From assembly GCA_973895155.1 (NCBI GenBank), contig OZ316895.1, forward strand, positions 23,262,558 through 23,326,557: 64,000 bases of DNA, in the 5' to 3' direction. Every line of letters starts with the position of its first letter. The stretch's first letter is position 1. This stretch comes from Marsupella aquatica (taxonomy: Eukaryota; Plantae; Marchantiophyta). The notes below the pieces were generated by a model that worked only from the letters and a program-made list of their open reading frames with translations, was not told the DNA's origin and did not search any database. The translations under genes and the position numbers were made by a program. Positions 10,896 to 22,139 of the stretch are shown here, piece after piece.

Positions 10896-13114
10896 TCCGT
10901 TGAGAGAGGACAGCGTATCTAAAGTCTCCAACCAAGATTGTCAATTGCCATAACCAGCAAGTTGAAGTTTTGCACAGAGTGAAGTTAGTAGTTAGTGTCT
11001 ATCAACTCAGAGCATTCCCTTCATGATTAGAACAGCAAGAAAGCCAAATGTCTGGACCGCAATTGTGCAGTAGATACAAAATAGGATGAAGTTGATCGAG
11101 CGGGAGTCAAATTCATGAATGTCGTCAATCTCACTGGAACGTTCGACCAACATCGACACGTACCGTTTACAAGTTGCAGAAATGTGCAATCAGAAAACTG
11201 GTGTGGAATCCGTTCCGAGCTTTTAATAAGGGAGATTTTTGGCCGTCCTTTGGACTTCAATAATTGGTGAGAATGAAACCAAAAAAAATCACCACCCTAG
11301 CCATACTAATGTTCACTCTAGACAGTACTAGCCCATTGCACTTTTTCCTCAGGAGGCATTCACTATTATTGGTGGGGCAGAGGCCGCTTCTAGACAAATT
11401 ACTCTTTTTCTTTGGGGGGGGGGATCAGTCCAAGAAGCATGTGTTACATGTTTATAGACTGGAAAAGAGTTTAGTAAATGTTAACATGTACTTCATCCGA
11501 GCATCAAGTCAGAAGTTGTTTCCATCAATGCTTCCATTTTTTATCCTAAGTTTCCACCCGAGTCTACATTTTTCAGGAGCTGGATTTTGTTTTTTAGCCC
11601 AGGTACACTATGTTTAGGATGTTAAATGGCTGATAAATTAGCTTTGGTTTGACCATTTCCTGCGGGTCTATGTAGTTTATTGTGTTGAGCAATGGCCTAA
11701 TTCCCCTGTTTCTGTTCTCATGGATTCTTCCGGCAACTGGTTTCTTTTGCTCTACAGCCGGCTCAGGCATTTCTTATCCTCCAGCATGCCAAAGCAGTTG
11801 GTTTTCAAGCATCTAATCAAACCTCTCTTCATGACCCTCCTATGAAGTTTATCCCAGAGCTCACCAAGCTTTTCAGTCTGTGGCTCAGTAAGGTTTTTGT
11901 TCTTTGGCCTTTGGGTCTCTTGGGCTTGTTGGCTCTTGTGTTTTTGTCATCACTACCATAGCCTCACTACCATAACCTGATTACCCATTCCTTGAATGTA
12001 AATAGAGGAAAGGAGACAAAAAAAATCCTGTAGAACAAAATATTTCCTCTTATTTCTAGTTTATCTTTTCCCCATCCCTCTCCACCCTCACTATTAGTTA
12101 TGTCATCATTTAGAGTTATGGGCTAGAGACTTCACTGTAGACACTAGACCCAGGAAATAGCTTTCAATGGCCCTTGCTAAGTTAGCTTTGGTTGGTTTTC
12201 TTGTCTTTGGGATCTTGTATCCGGACCCTCTTATGCAGCTCGACCAGCCTTTTTGTTCTCTGCCCAATAAGGTTAGTCTTCTAGGCCACTTAGTACATAT
12301 AGTGGGACCGTGCTTTTTTTCCCCTTTTTGGTTGGGGGTACTACCTGTACTTGGCTGAGTGTAATTGTTGTATTCTTGGGGTCTTTTCCCTTTCTTGTTC
12401 CCTCCTTTTACTTTGTCTTTTGTGCTCTCTCCCCCACATAGGCCTTTTTGTCCTATGAAATAATATTAAAAACATAGGGTCTTATTTGTTCGTTTGCACT
12501 TTAACACGAAATGTTCCAATAGGTTGACGTCCTCTGAACCCGGTGGCACAACAAGTTCTGTAGCCGCCTTGATATTATCGAAGCTTCGTTTTTCGGGGGC
12601 CGCCAAATCCGAAGGTTCCTTGGCGGAACCTTCTCCACCCGGATATGCAGGAATATCCCGAAGAGTTACTCTCCTAACCACTTCCCCGGTGAGGCGCAGC
12701 AGCCAAGCCGGTCCCGAGCGAGATAGCGCTGCGCGGGACCGGCGAGAGTCGGTTTGGGGCACGAGCAATCTGGATAGGTCCTGGTTGCTGCATTCGCGAT
12801 TGTGTCAGTTTCGGACATGCGTGTTGGGGGAAGTGAAACTCGGTACTGACCGGCGTCGCAGGTCATCCAGAGGGGACTGACCGGCCGACCCAGTTGATTC
12901 GTCCTCGTGTCCTTCTCCGTACGCCCTGTCAGTCAGTCGTCCGAATTTTGGCGAAACGTCACCATCTGTTCAGGAGAATATGTTAGGAGTACATATTACC
13001 TCACTTACCTCGATTAATTTATGACAGTCAGATTTCCCTAGATTTAACGATGACCGTTAGATTCTGACAAAAGGGGTCTGTGACTGGGTCTGTGACTCGC
13101 TCCTAGTGCCATAG

Positions 13115-13720
13115 TCAAGCTGGGTTGCATAGAGGACTGGGGTTCTCCCCAACTGGTTCAATTATCCAGGCATTGTACTTGTAAGCTGAGCACTTAGGCA
13201 GCGGGCTGGCACCCCCATTCCCAGTCCCGGAGGCTGGCAAACTCCGGTTCTTGCCAACTGGGTCAATTATCCCTGTCTTGCACTTATAAATGGTGCAGTT
13301 AGGCAGGGTGCCTGACACCCCCACTTCCAAGGCCAAAGCTGGGTTTCATGGCCAACCCAGGTTCTCACTGACTAGTTTGTCAATTATCCTGCTATTGCAC
13401 TCATATACAGTTCACTTAGGCTGGTGGGGTCTGGCAGGTGCCACAGTAGACTTGGGTTCTCCCTAACCCCTTCAATTAATATCCAAGTATTGCACTTATG
13501 AGCAATGCACTTAGTCAGGTGGGCCTGAAACTGAGCTGGTGATTGCAAACCGGGGTCTCCCCAATTGCTTTGTCAACTATCCAACTATTGCACTTATACA
13601 CAGTGCTGGGCAACGGGGGCTTCACACCCCCATTCCAACGGCTAGAGATGGGTTTCATAGTGGACACAGGTTCCCCCAAACCAGTTCAGTCCAGGCATTT
13701 ATAAAGAAATATCTTCTAAT
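13115..13720. repeat. Degenerate tandem array, ~100-bp unit, about 6 copies
   Basis: Recurring GCTGGGTT...GGTTCTCCCCAACT.GTTCAATTATCC...ATTGCACTTAT...CACTTAGGC...CACCCCCA(T/C)TTCC, with GGTTCT/GGGTCT/GGTTCC cores near 13141, 13246, 13361, 13456, 13554 and 13669. Confidence 0.75.
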
Positions 13721-13751
13721 ATTAGGGGATGACATGGTTAGCCTGCACTAG

Positions 13752-14371
13752 GGCATCTCAAATACATCAATTTTTCAGCTTTGCCCGCACCCAGGATTAT
13801 TCGGGTCGGGGCAATGGTCATGACTGGTCGGGCACCTGTCCAATGTGAGGCCCAACCAGTCACGCCCGGAACCGTAAGAGGTCCCAAATTTTGCAGGAAA
13901 CCCAATCACATACAGTGGCCACTGTTGAGCATAGATGACATTCGTAATAGCAAGCCCATGAACCATCTAACGTACAATAGTCGACACAGAGAGATACGTG
14001 GTTCACTTCCACATGAGGCTACGTCCACGGGAACACACAAGAGCTTTACTGCACTCTAGGCCGACCGGCCATACCAAGCATCCACAACACAAGCTGTCCC
14101 TATCTCTCAACTAGCTCCGTAACAATGAGCCTAAGTTCTACCAGGGCCCGCACCAGGGTCTAGCATTATCCCTGGCTATATGCACAATAATACTATCGCT
14201 AACATTAGCTAAGTCCTAACCCGAGTTAGACTAATTGTGGTTAGCTCATGAGTCACAAGATTAGAGCAATATCTAACAGCCACGACCTCGCTCATATCTC
14301 AGTATGAGTTATTGTCTAATTGTGCCATTTTACGGTGCCCAAAAGGTGCCATTTTTTATATTTGAGATGCC
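13752..14371. mobile_element. Tourist/PIF-Harbinger-like MITE (about 260 bp without insert) interrupted by a solo LTR
   Basis: Perfect 13-bp TIR GGCATCTCAAATA (13752-13764) / TATTTGAGATGCC (14359-14371). 3-bp TAG on both flanks (13749-13751, 14372-14374). Confidence 0.7.
13923..14278. mobile_element. Solo LTR (356 bp) of a second Copia family
   Basis: TGTTGAG...TCTAACA termini and a perfect 5-bp TSD GCCAC (13918-13922 and 14279-14283). It shares ACGTGGTT...GGCTACGTCCACGGGAA with the full-length Copia LTR and is homologous to 47493-47860 and 57030-57330. Confidence 0.9.
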
Positions 14372-16197
14372 TAGTAATCCATGGAATGCACTTATCCACC
14401 CTGCACTAAGAGTGCATCTTAAAGCTGACAATTTGATAGATCTTAACTCCCTAGTTAGGGGGTTTTGGACACAAAAGTTACACACTATGAATTCATATGA
14501 CTCTTTGCCATAAGGATTGATTTAATGTCATTATCATCAGTCAGTCACTCTACAGGCATGTGACAAAACCAAAAAAGAAAAACTTTTACATACCTTTGTG
14601 ACCAAGTTATGACCATTCATTTACTATTGAATGTCATCTTTCTTCTACAACTCTAATAAGGGATCCCCGGTTTTCCCTTTTTTTGTCTCAATACAAAAAA
14701 GCTACTCATTGGGTGCAAAAGATCCGCAACAGTTTTCCCTGACCATTGATGGAGTAAATGGGCACCCTACATATATGTGTTTCTCCACGCTTTCCCATAA
14801 ATACCCCGGCCCGCCTCCCTATGGCCCCTCCTTGCACAGTGCAACCCACGAGCACAGAGAGGTCGAAGATATCAGATATGAGACGCCCTATTGCACTGAG
14901 TGCACTTATACAAGTTCTATGCACTTAGGCAGGGACGGCTCTACCTACACCAGAGGAGGACTACAGTAGTACAGGCAAGGCGAGAAAAAGGCGGAGGACA
15001 AGGAACGAAGCTCTGGACCGAGCTTCGCGAGAGTGTCGCCAAACCCCTCGTCGCCCGACAGAGGACCGTCGTCGCCCGACAGAGGAGAGGAGAGGACAGG
15101 AGAAGAGAGGAGAGGAGAGGAGGTTTTGAGCTTTTCTTCTCTTCATCATTATTCAGCGCTCCTACTCGGGGGGACCATTCGGAAATCAGAAAGCACTCTC
15201 CCTCTCGCTCGCTCGCTCCATCGCTCTCCCGCTGTCGGAAACTACTCACCCAGCTACCGCAATTCTACAGTGACGAGCGTTTTGGGTGCCTGGATTGGAG
15301 TTGGGTCCTTTTTGGGGTGGGGATTGGAGTGTTGGGTGATTCGGTCTTCGATCCAGAGGCAAGCAGGCAGACTAGGGCAAGGGCGGGCGGGTCGAGGCCT
15401 CGAGGAGGGAGGAGCGAGGAGAGGAGAGAGGTGTGTTTGACTGGCGGAGGCTTTTGCGTAGATCGTTTCTACCAACCCGAGTCCGCGTTGACGAATTCGG
15501 CCTCGATCATTCACTCGGTTGGGCCGGCCGTCAATCAAGGAGGGAGCGCAGAAGTGGCGATGTGGAGGCTTTTCTGCTCCGGAGTGTCTCGTACTGCTGC
15601 AGAAGCGTAGAGAATCGAGAACGTTTTTGATAGGTAGGAAGAGCACCCGATGTAGCTTTTGCTCCAGTCGAGTACTACATGCCAGTTTTCTCTTGTATCC
15701 CTCCTGTGATTTTTGCACTGGCGGCAGGGGGAGGAGTTTTTGCTGTTTGGGATGCACGATTAGGGAGACTGGCAGCAATTCTCCGAGGTCCAGAAGGGGG
15801 AGAGGGGTTTCGTTTGAGTTGAAGCCCTCGTACTCTCTTTCTCTGGGTTCTTCTTGACTGGGTTGCGAGGGGCGTTGAGGAATTTGGTCATGTGTTTAAC
15901 TAGTGAGTTATTCGTAACGGCATTGGACCGCAGGAGTGTTCTGATCGGTTCTTCTTCCGTCGGATTCCGAAAGCTGGAAAGAAGAAGGCGAGGAGCAGAG
16001 GTTAGGTGAAACAGGAACTCCGGGAAAAGGCTCAGATTGCAGGTCGGGCAAGGCTCGCAGCCGACGAGGTGTAGGGAGGATTTGGGCAGTAGATCAGCTG
16101 CCAGGACGGCTGTCCCGAGTGAAATCCCGGCAGACTTTTCAGACTGGGTTTGGAAGCGGGCGAGATAAGTAGTAGATAGAATAGAAAGTGGTACACC

Positions 16198-18531
16198 ATG
16201 AATACCAATGGGGCAAGCACTTCAGAAGCCGGGGCATCGGCGGGTATGCCGCCTCCGAAGAAGGAATCGAGGAAGCCAAAATGTACGTTTGTCTTTCCAT
16301 ACGTTTTCTTCAGCAAGGCCGTTTGTCGACTGTTCGCCGTGTAGGCAATCGTTGCACCTTTGTGAAGGGCGAATCGTACCTTGAGGAGTAGTTGGACGGA
16401 TTTATGCTCGAAGAGTCGACGATCAGCGTTTGGATCTGATTTGGTCGGATTCACGCGGGCCATCTACTTGTTCCATGTTCGTGGTGTAAGTTGGTAATTT
16501 GGAACGTTTTTGATTGTTTTTGTTCAGATTCAAAATTCACGCAGCAGGAGCTACCGGCTTGCAAGCCTCTGTTGACCCCTGGATGGGTAAGCACCTGCAC
16601 TGACATCTCTGAGTACACCGGAGATATTTCGTTTTTAGCCCTTCTCATCCCGAGATTTTAAGGACTACAAGCATGATGGTGTTAAAGATGTGAAGGACTG
16701 CAGTTTCTCTGGTGATTTGCTATGATGGAATGTAACTTTCAATCAAGTTTCTCATTTTGGGGGGTTTGCTCTATCTGCAGGTTATCACTATTTTCATGGT
16801 AGTTGGAATCGTGTTCATTCCGATTGGTGCAGTGACTCTTCTTGCATCCAACAGCGTAAGTGGTGGGAAGAGTTACCAAGCCCTTTCAATTTACTCTTGG
16901 TATTAGCGCACTCTGGAAGCAAAACGCAATCTTCGGAACTCTTGAACGTGTCTGTCCTCCCTACGTGTACAGGTTGTGGAGGTTGTCAATCGTTATGACG
17001 ACAGTTGCTTGTCAAGCTTAACCACGAAAGAGGCGAAAGTGAATCACATTCAGGACAATTCTACGATCAAAACGTGCTCAGTGACTTTAACGGTAAGGAT
17101 CAGATTATTTAAAATCCTTCTGACCTGTCCAACTGTCTTGCAATGATCAGCCTTGGTAGTACAATGCTGTCGCTTCTGTCCTTCATCCTCATGAGTACAC
17201 AGTTGGTACTAATTGTTATGTCTGATGGCTGCAGGTACCTAAGAAGATGAATGCTCCAGTGTATGTCTATTATCAGCTTGATAACTATTACCAGAATCAC
17301 CGCAGGTATTTTATTGTTTTGGCCGTGTTACTACTGCGAGTTCTTGATCAACTGTCATGAGAAGAATGTTCGTGTTGCTTCACTCATTGATACATTATTA
17401 GTTTAGTAACATTTGTCTTATTTTTGGCTTCATGTGTTGTCTAGATACGTGAAGAGTTATGATTCCGGGCAGCTTCGGTCGAACAGCAACAGTAACCAAA
17501 GCGGTGAAGGCCCTACCGCCTGCAAGCCCGAGGCAACTTTGAATGGAAACCCAATTGTCCCTTGTGGACTTATTGCCTGGAGTCTTTTTAATGATACCTA
17601 TAGTTTTCAAACTGGAGGCTCAAGCTTAGTCGTGAATCGGAAAGGAATTTCATGGAAAAGTGATCGTAATGATAAATTTGGAAAGATCAAGCCCCAGAAT
17701 TTTCCAAATAACCAAGCCAATACTTCCCTGATTGGAGGAGGTAGTCTCGACGCAACCAAACCGGTGAGCACCAAGATCCATCATCTCGTGATATGCTTTC
17801 ACGCAGGAGTTTGTGTTTGTGATCCGAGTGCACTGGTCGAATTGTACGTTCGCGGCAGTTGTAGCAATGAACAAGAAGCACTGTAGATAAAAATAGTTGT
17901 TTGTTGAGGCATGCTGAATTGTTAGTGGTCTTGTACTGCCTGCTGCCAAATATAACCTACTGTTGGCAAATTCCACATGCGCAGTTTCGTTAAAGTAGTG
18001 ACTGACGTTGGAACTTTTGGCAGTTGGATGAAGATGAGGATTTAATTGTGTGGATGCGCACAGCAGCATTGCCCACTTTCAGGAAGCTTTGGGGGAAGAT
18101 TGAGACAGATCTCACCGCAGGCCAAACGATCGCCGTGACCATTCAGAATAACTACAACACTTACACTTTCAGCGGCAAAAAGAAGTTGGTGCTGTCCACC
18201 ACTAGCTGGCTTGGTGGGAAAAATAACTTCCTTGGGATTGCTTATCTCACTGTGGGCATCCTCTGCATCATGTTGGCGTTTATATTTTTCATCATCCATA
18301 TGCGGAACCCCAGGTAAGATTTGTACTCGATTGTCTTGGCCTCGGCATTTGTAGTTCGTTGCCGCCTTCAGGTCCCAGTAACTAGAGATCATCTGCTACC
18401 AAAATTATCTGTTGTCTGGTTGCTTTGGGGATCAGCTGATGGAATTTGTTGGGCTGTGCAGGCCGCTGGGAGATCCTTCATATCTGTCTTGGAACAGGAA
18501 GACACCCGTTGCGGCTTCTTCTTCCGGTTAG
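16198..18531 (+). CDS. ALIS: CDC50/LEM3 family P4-ATPase (ALA) flippase beta-subunit, ALIS-like, 362 aa, 8 exons
   Basis: Exons 16198-16282, 16528-16586, 16781-16855, 16973-17092, 17235-17305, 17445-17763, 18024-18313, 18462-18531; GT-AG; 1089 nt. Motifs PKYSKFTQQELPACKPLLTP, TM1, YYQLDNYYQNHRRYVKS, PCGLIAWSLFNDTY, EDLIVWMRTAALPTFRKL, LSTTSWLGGKNNFLGIAY, TM2, PRPLGDPSYLSWN. Confidence 0.96.
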
Positions 18532-19639
18532 GTTTGTTTCCTTTAACGTTTCCTCCATTCTTTGCTGCGTCTTCTCCTAGACAAACTGTAGTTGAGGTGT
18601 TCGTCGTCCGGCAGTTGTTAGGAGAGGCTTTTCTTGACAGCTTGGGATCCTGCCTTGGCAGGTTTCCAAGTATAATATACTTCTCAGAAGGATAAATTTT
18701 TTTATGTACAGCAAATTGGTATGAGGGCTTAGCTGCTTTCTCAAATTAAATACATAGGAGCATTCTAAGGGATGTGGTGTATTTTAGAATAGGAGCATAG
18801 ACGTGTAGACGTCGGTAATGGTATCAGTCCAGTGGCACTGAAGGATTCAACCAGGCCTTTGCCATGCTCTAGGCTGGGCCATTCCTCACATAACCCTTAC
18901 TACCCTGATTCTTGTACGATGCGTCTTTGTATCACCACAAAACCTTCCATCAGAGCTTGGAAATTTTTGTATTCTTAATCGATTTACCAGAGCTTGTTAA
19001 AGGCTTTGGTACGCATGCAAACAGAAAAGCAACTGTTTGATTTGTCATACGATTTTGACTCGGCCACGAGAGCTGTTTTGGCTCAGGTGGTTGGTACTCC
19101 CCAGCTTTAAGGGATGCTCACTTGTGAATTTTGTCCATAATTTTCCTGCACCTAGTTATTGAAGGGACGTATGTGTTGGAATGTGGCCCGTGAGATAGAA
19201 CGAGGGATCTGCAGAGCAAACCTACAGTAAAAGTCTTCTGATAAGTATTGCTCAAGTTGAAACCCGCAATCCTCACAGTAGTAGAGAACAAATCACGGCA
19301 AAGAATATGAATCGAGCATATTGAACAGACTAAGACGGGGTGCGTTTGACACGGCCACCCTCGTCATTAGGATTTTACTCGGCGTTCTTTCCAAGACATG
19401 GTTACCATATATGTACAACAAAAGTAGGCTACCAATTCCGATAGAGGCTGGCGGACGTCTGTTGGTCATCAAGCACTCTAAAATGTCTCGTTTCTCCTAA
19501 ATACTTTGATTCATTTGTAGTCACAGTCCGACGAGCATTTGAAAACATTGGGAAAGTAATATTGCTAGAGTCTCAGATACTCGGATGCAGGCCGTAGTAC
19601 TCAACAATGTCTCACCATAAAACGTGAAGTATTTGCCAA

Positions 19640-20090
19640 TGAAAAGTGAACCACTCAGTCTTTGTGGAACTTAAGTCCATTCTTGAACCTATGCACTTTG
19701 TACCTATGCACATTATAATGAGAACCAAACGGGAAGCATTAGCCGATAAAAAGTGAGCCACTCGGTCTTTGTGTAACTTCCATTTCCATTCTTGAACCTA
19801 TGCACGGTATAATGAGAGTTGGTCTTTGTGTAACTTAAGTCCATTCTTGAACTAGTTTATAACATAGCTCGGTGCACTTGCTGTTTAAAAACTTGGTAGA
19901 TGGAGGTGTTAAAGAAGTAAATATTTATACTTGAACTTGTGCACTTATAATAAGTGAACTTGTGCACTTTATAATGAGAGTTAGTTCTGAACATAGTTCT
20001 GTATAGGTGCACTTGTGATTTAAAAAGTATAGGTGCACTTGTGATTTAAAAAGTTGGTAGATGGAGGTGTTAGAGAAGTTAATATGCGTA
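19640..20090. repeat. Mosaic of short direct repeats
   Basis: GTCTTTGTG(G/T)AACTT...TCCATTCTTGAAC occurs three times (about 19658, 19765, 19822). GTATAGGTGCACTTGTGATTTAAAAA occurs twice in tandem (20001-20052). TTGGTAGATGGAGGTGTTA occurs twice. Confidence 0.75.
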
Positions 20091-20341
20091 CAACACTGCC
20101 CAACAAAAGACTTGGGACACAGGTACGAGACCCAATAAAAACTGAGGTAGACACTTTTTTGTCCCCAATCAAGGCAAAAGAACTACAACCTTATTGAGCA
20201 GCAAACAGATAGCCAGGTAGAGCTCCAAGGTAAAGCCCAAGGGTTGGGAAGAAGAGTTTTAAGAGTCCCTAAAACAAATTGCCTCAGCCCAACAATAACG
20301 ATAATGGCTGTCTCAGCCCTCTGGAGTCCCGCAATGGCAGT

Positions 20342-20413
20342 TTAAGACCTTTACGACTATCAATTGTCGTGATTGGATTAAGACCTTTAAGACTATCAAT
20401 TGTCGTGATTGGA
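20342..20413. repeat. 36-bp tandem duplication within probable degenerate antisense LINE 3' relic (about 20140-21300)
   Basis: TTAAGACCTTTA(C/A)GACTATCAATTGTCGTGATTGGA twice. The minus strand near 21178-21150 reads **IWNRKNK, a decayed WxIWxxRN motif (weak). Confidence 0.6.
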
Positions 20414-22139
20414 GAGGAAATGGTCAGGATTGTGAGGCAAAATTGCTCACCCCATTTGAAGCTGTCTAAAGCAAAGAAAGTCACATCCTTACTCTTTATG
20501 AGTAACTCACCATCCCTGTGCCATAAAGTGTCTCTGACTTCAAAACAGAAACACCAGAAAAAGTTACACAACTTGACATTTCATTTCATCCATTCTATAA
20601 CTTGTGGGGCTACGCCCCCTTTAGATGTCCAGAAGTAGAGTAAAGCCACTAGACTTTGAAGGGCAAAAATGGACAAGGTGGGAGCGCAAAAGGAGTTTCT
20701 TGGATGAATTGAAGCTACTCGGGTTATTTTTTAAACGATTATTCTTAGGTGGTTTCCAATATTTTAGCAGTGGACTACCATCTTTGCTCAAACAAACCTT
20801 CTTTTGAAGTTTCAAATAGTATAAGTTGGCAGGGATCAGATAGGGCCTTGTGTTTGCAATGATTGAAATGAGACCTAATTTGTCTCATTAAATTGAAGGC
20901 AAAGATCACATGTTTGCACAAAACAAAAAAATCCAATTTAATATAAGACTCATTCCATTTCAAGGAATACAAGACTAATTCTTCAAACACAAGGGCCTGG
21001 TGTTCTATGACATAGAGCCTTTATGTTCGAGAAAACAAATAAAAAATCAAGACAACCTGGTTATGCCACTTTCTTGGGAGACACTGGTATGAAAAAAATC
21101 CTACAAGGCTAATACAAATTCCAACCCAGCAACATGAGGTACATATCTCAACTTTATTTTTTCTGTTCCATATTCATCATCCCTCCCAAAGGCATCATTC
21201 TCATATTGCTTTATTCACTGATATCACCTCCTTTCACGGTCTTATGTATAGGATAACAGAGGTCTGGGCAGTGGGTTACTAAGCTGCAACCCCCTGTCCA
21301 TAAAGTGAGAACAAGCTGACCAGCGGCAGTTGTGAAGCTTTTATAAAAGTGCTGGGTGCAGGGTAATATGTTGGTTTCTGTGCATAACTTTTGTCGGAAA
21401 AATGGCTATCAGGCTATGAATTTCCAGGTGCAAGATTATGAGAATAGCATCATGGAGTAGAAACTGACAAAATCTATGTCTTCTGTACTGTTTCTGAACC
21501 CCCAATGTACCCTTACTTTTGCCCAAGTTTTTTGTTAGCCTCTATATGTTGGTTGATGTTCTGGATTCTATCTCAAAATGAACTGGCAATTCTTAGAAAC
21601 CTGTGCACTCTCTTCTTTGAATATGAAAGCTGTCAGGTGGAAGTCTGTCCATTACTCTGGTTTTCTCTTTGATTCTCAGTTCTTTTCAAGGGATATAGCT
21701 CAAGCCACACAACTTTTGTAAAAGGGAAAACCCACAATTTCTTATTTTTGGTTTTGAATTGTGGGTTTTGCTTTTTGAATTCAATTCAATTCTGCCCCAG
21801 TTGGTCTTTGTAATAGTTCCTGTCCGGCTACAAAGCGCATGTGGTGCATACAACATGGATTTGAATCGAGACCAACAGGAGCCTTCTGGTGTTATCTTTG
21901 TTCTCAATCAAGTGTTATGTGATAACGGTGTCCTGTTGATGGCCACTTTGTTCCCCATGCTCTGAAACTTCTGTTTCCTACTCTTTGATCTGCATAGGTT
22001 TAAACCAATTGTTTGTTTACAAATTGCCCTCTGGGCAGGAAGAACTCATGGCTGTTACCTGAAAAATGGTTTGTTGTCACCATTCAATGGGTCAAAACAT
22101 CTCTCCATGGTCCCTCCACTTTGCCATCCATGCCCAGCC

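Noticed and set aside
12430-12472. CCCCCACATAG plus TAATATTAAAA as a plant snRNA-type USE/TATA promoter
   Set aside because: Two mismatches to RTCCCACATCG, a poor TATA, and location in a T-rich LINE-like tail. A T5 run at about 12589 would stop Pol III before the hairpins, and no snRNA or telomerase motif follows.
13115-13720. CRISPR-like repeat-spacer reading of the tandem arrays
   Set aside because: Eukaryotic DNA; whole units are homologous and degenerate, with no unique spacers and no cas genes.
14900-15857. Overlapping 100-236-aa ORFs upstream of ALIS
   Set aside because: GC/GA-rich leader sequence open in several frames, mostly with non-ATG starts and low-complexity products.
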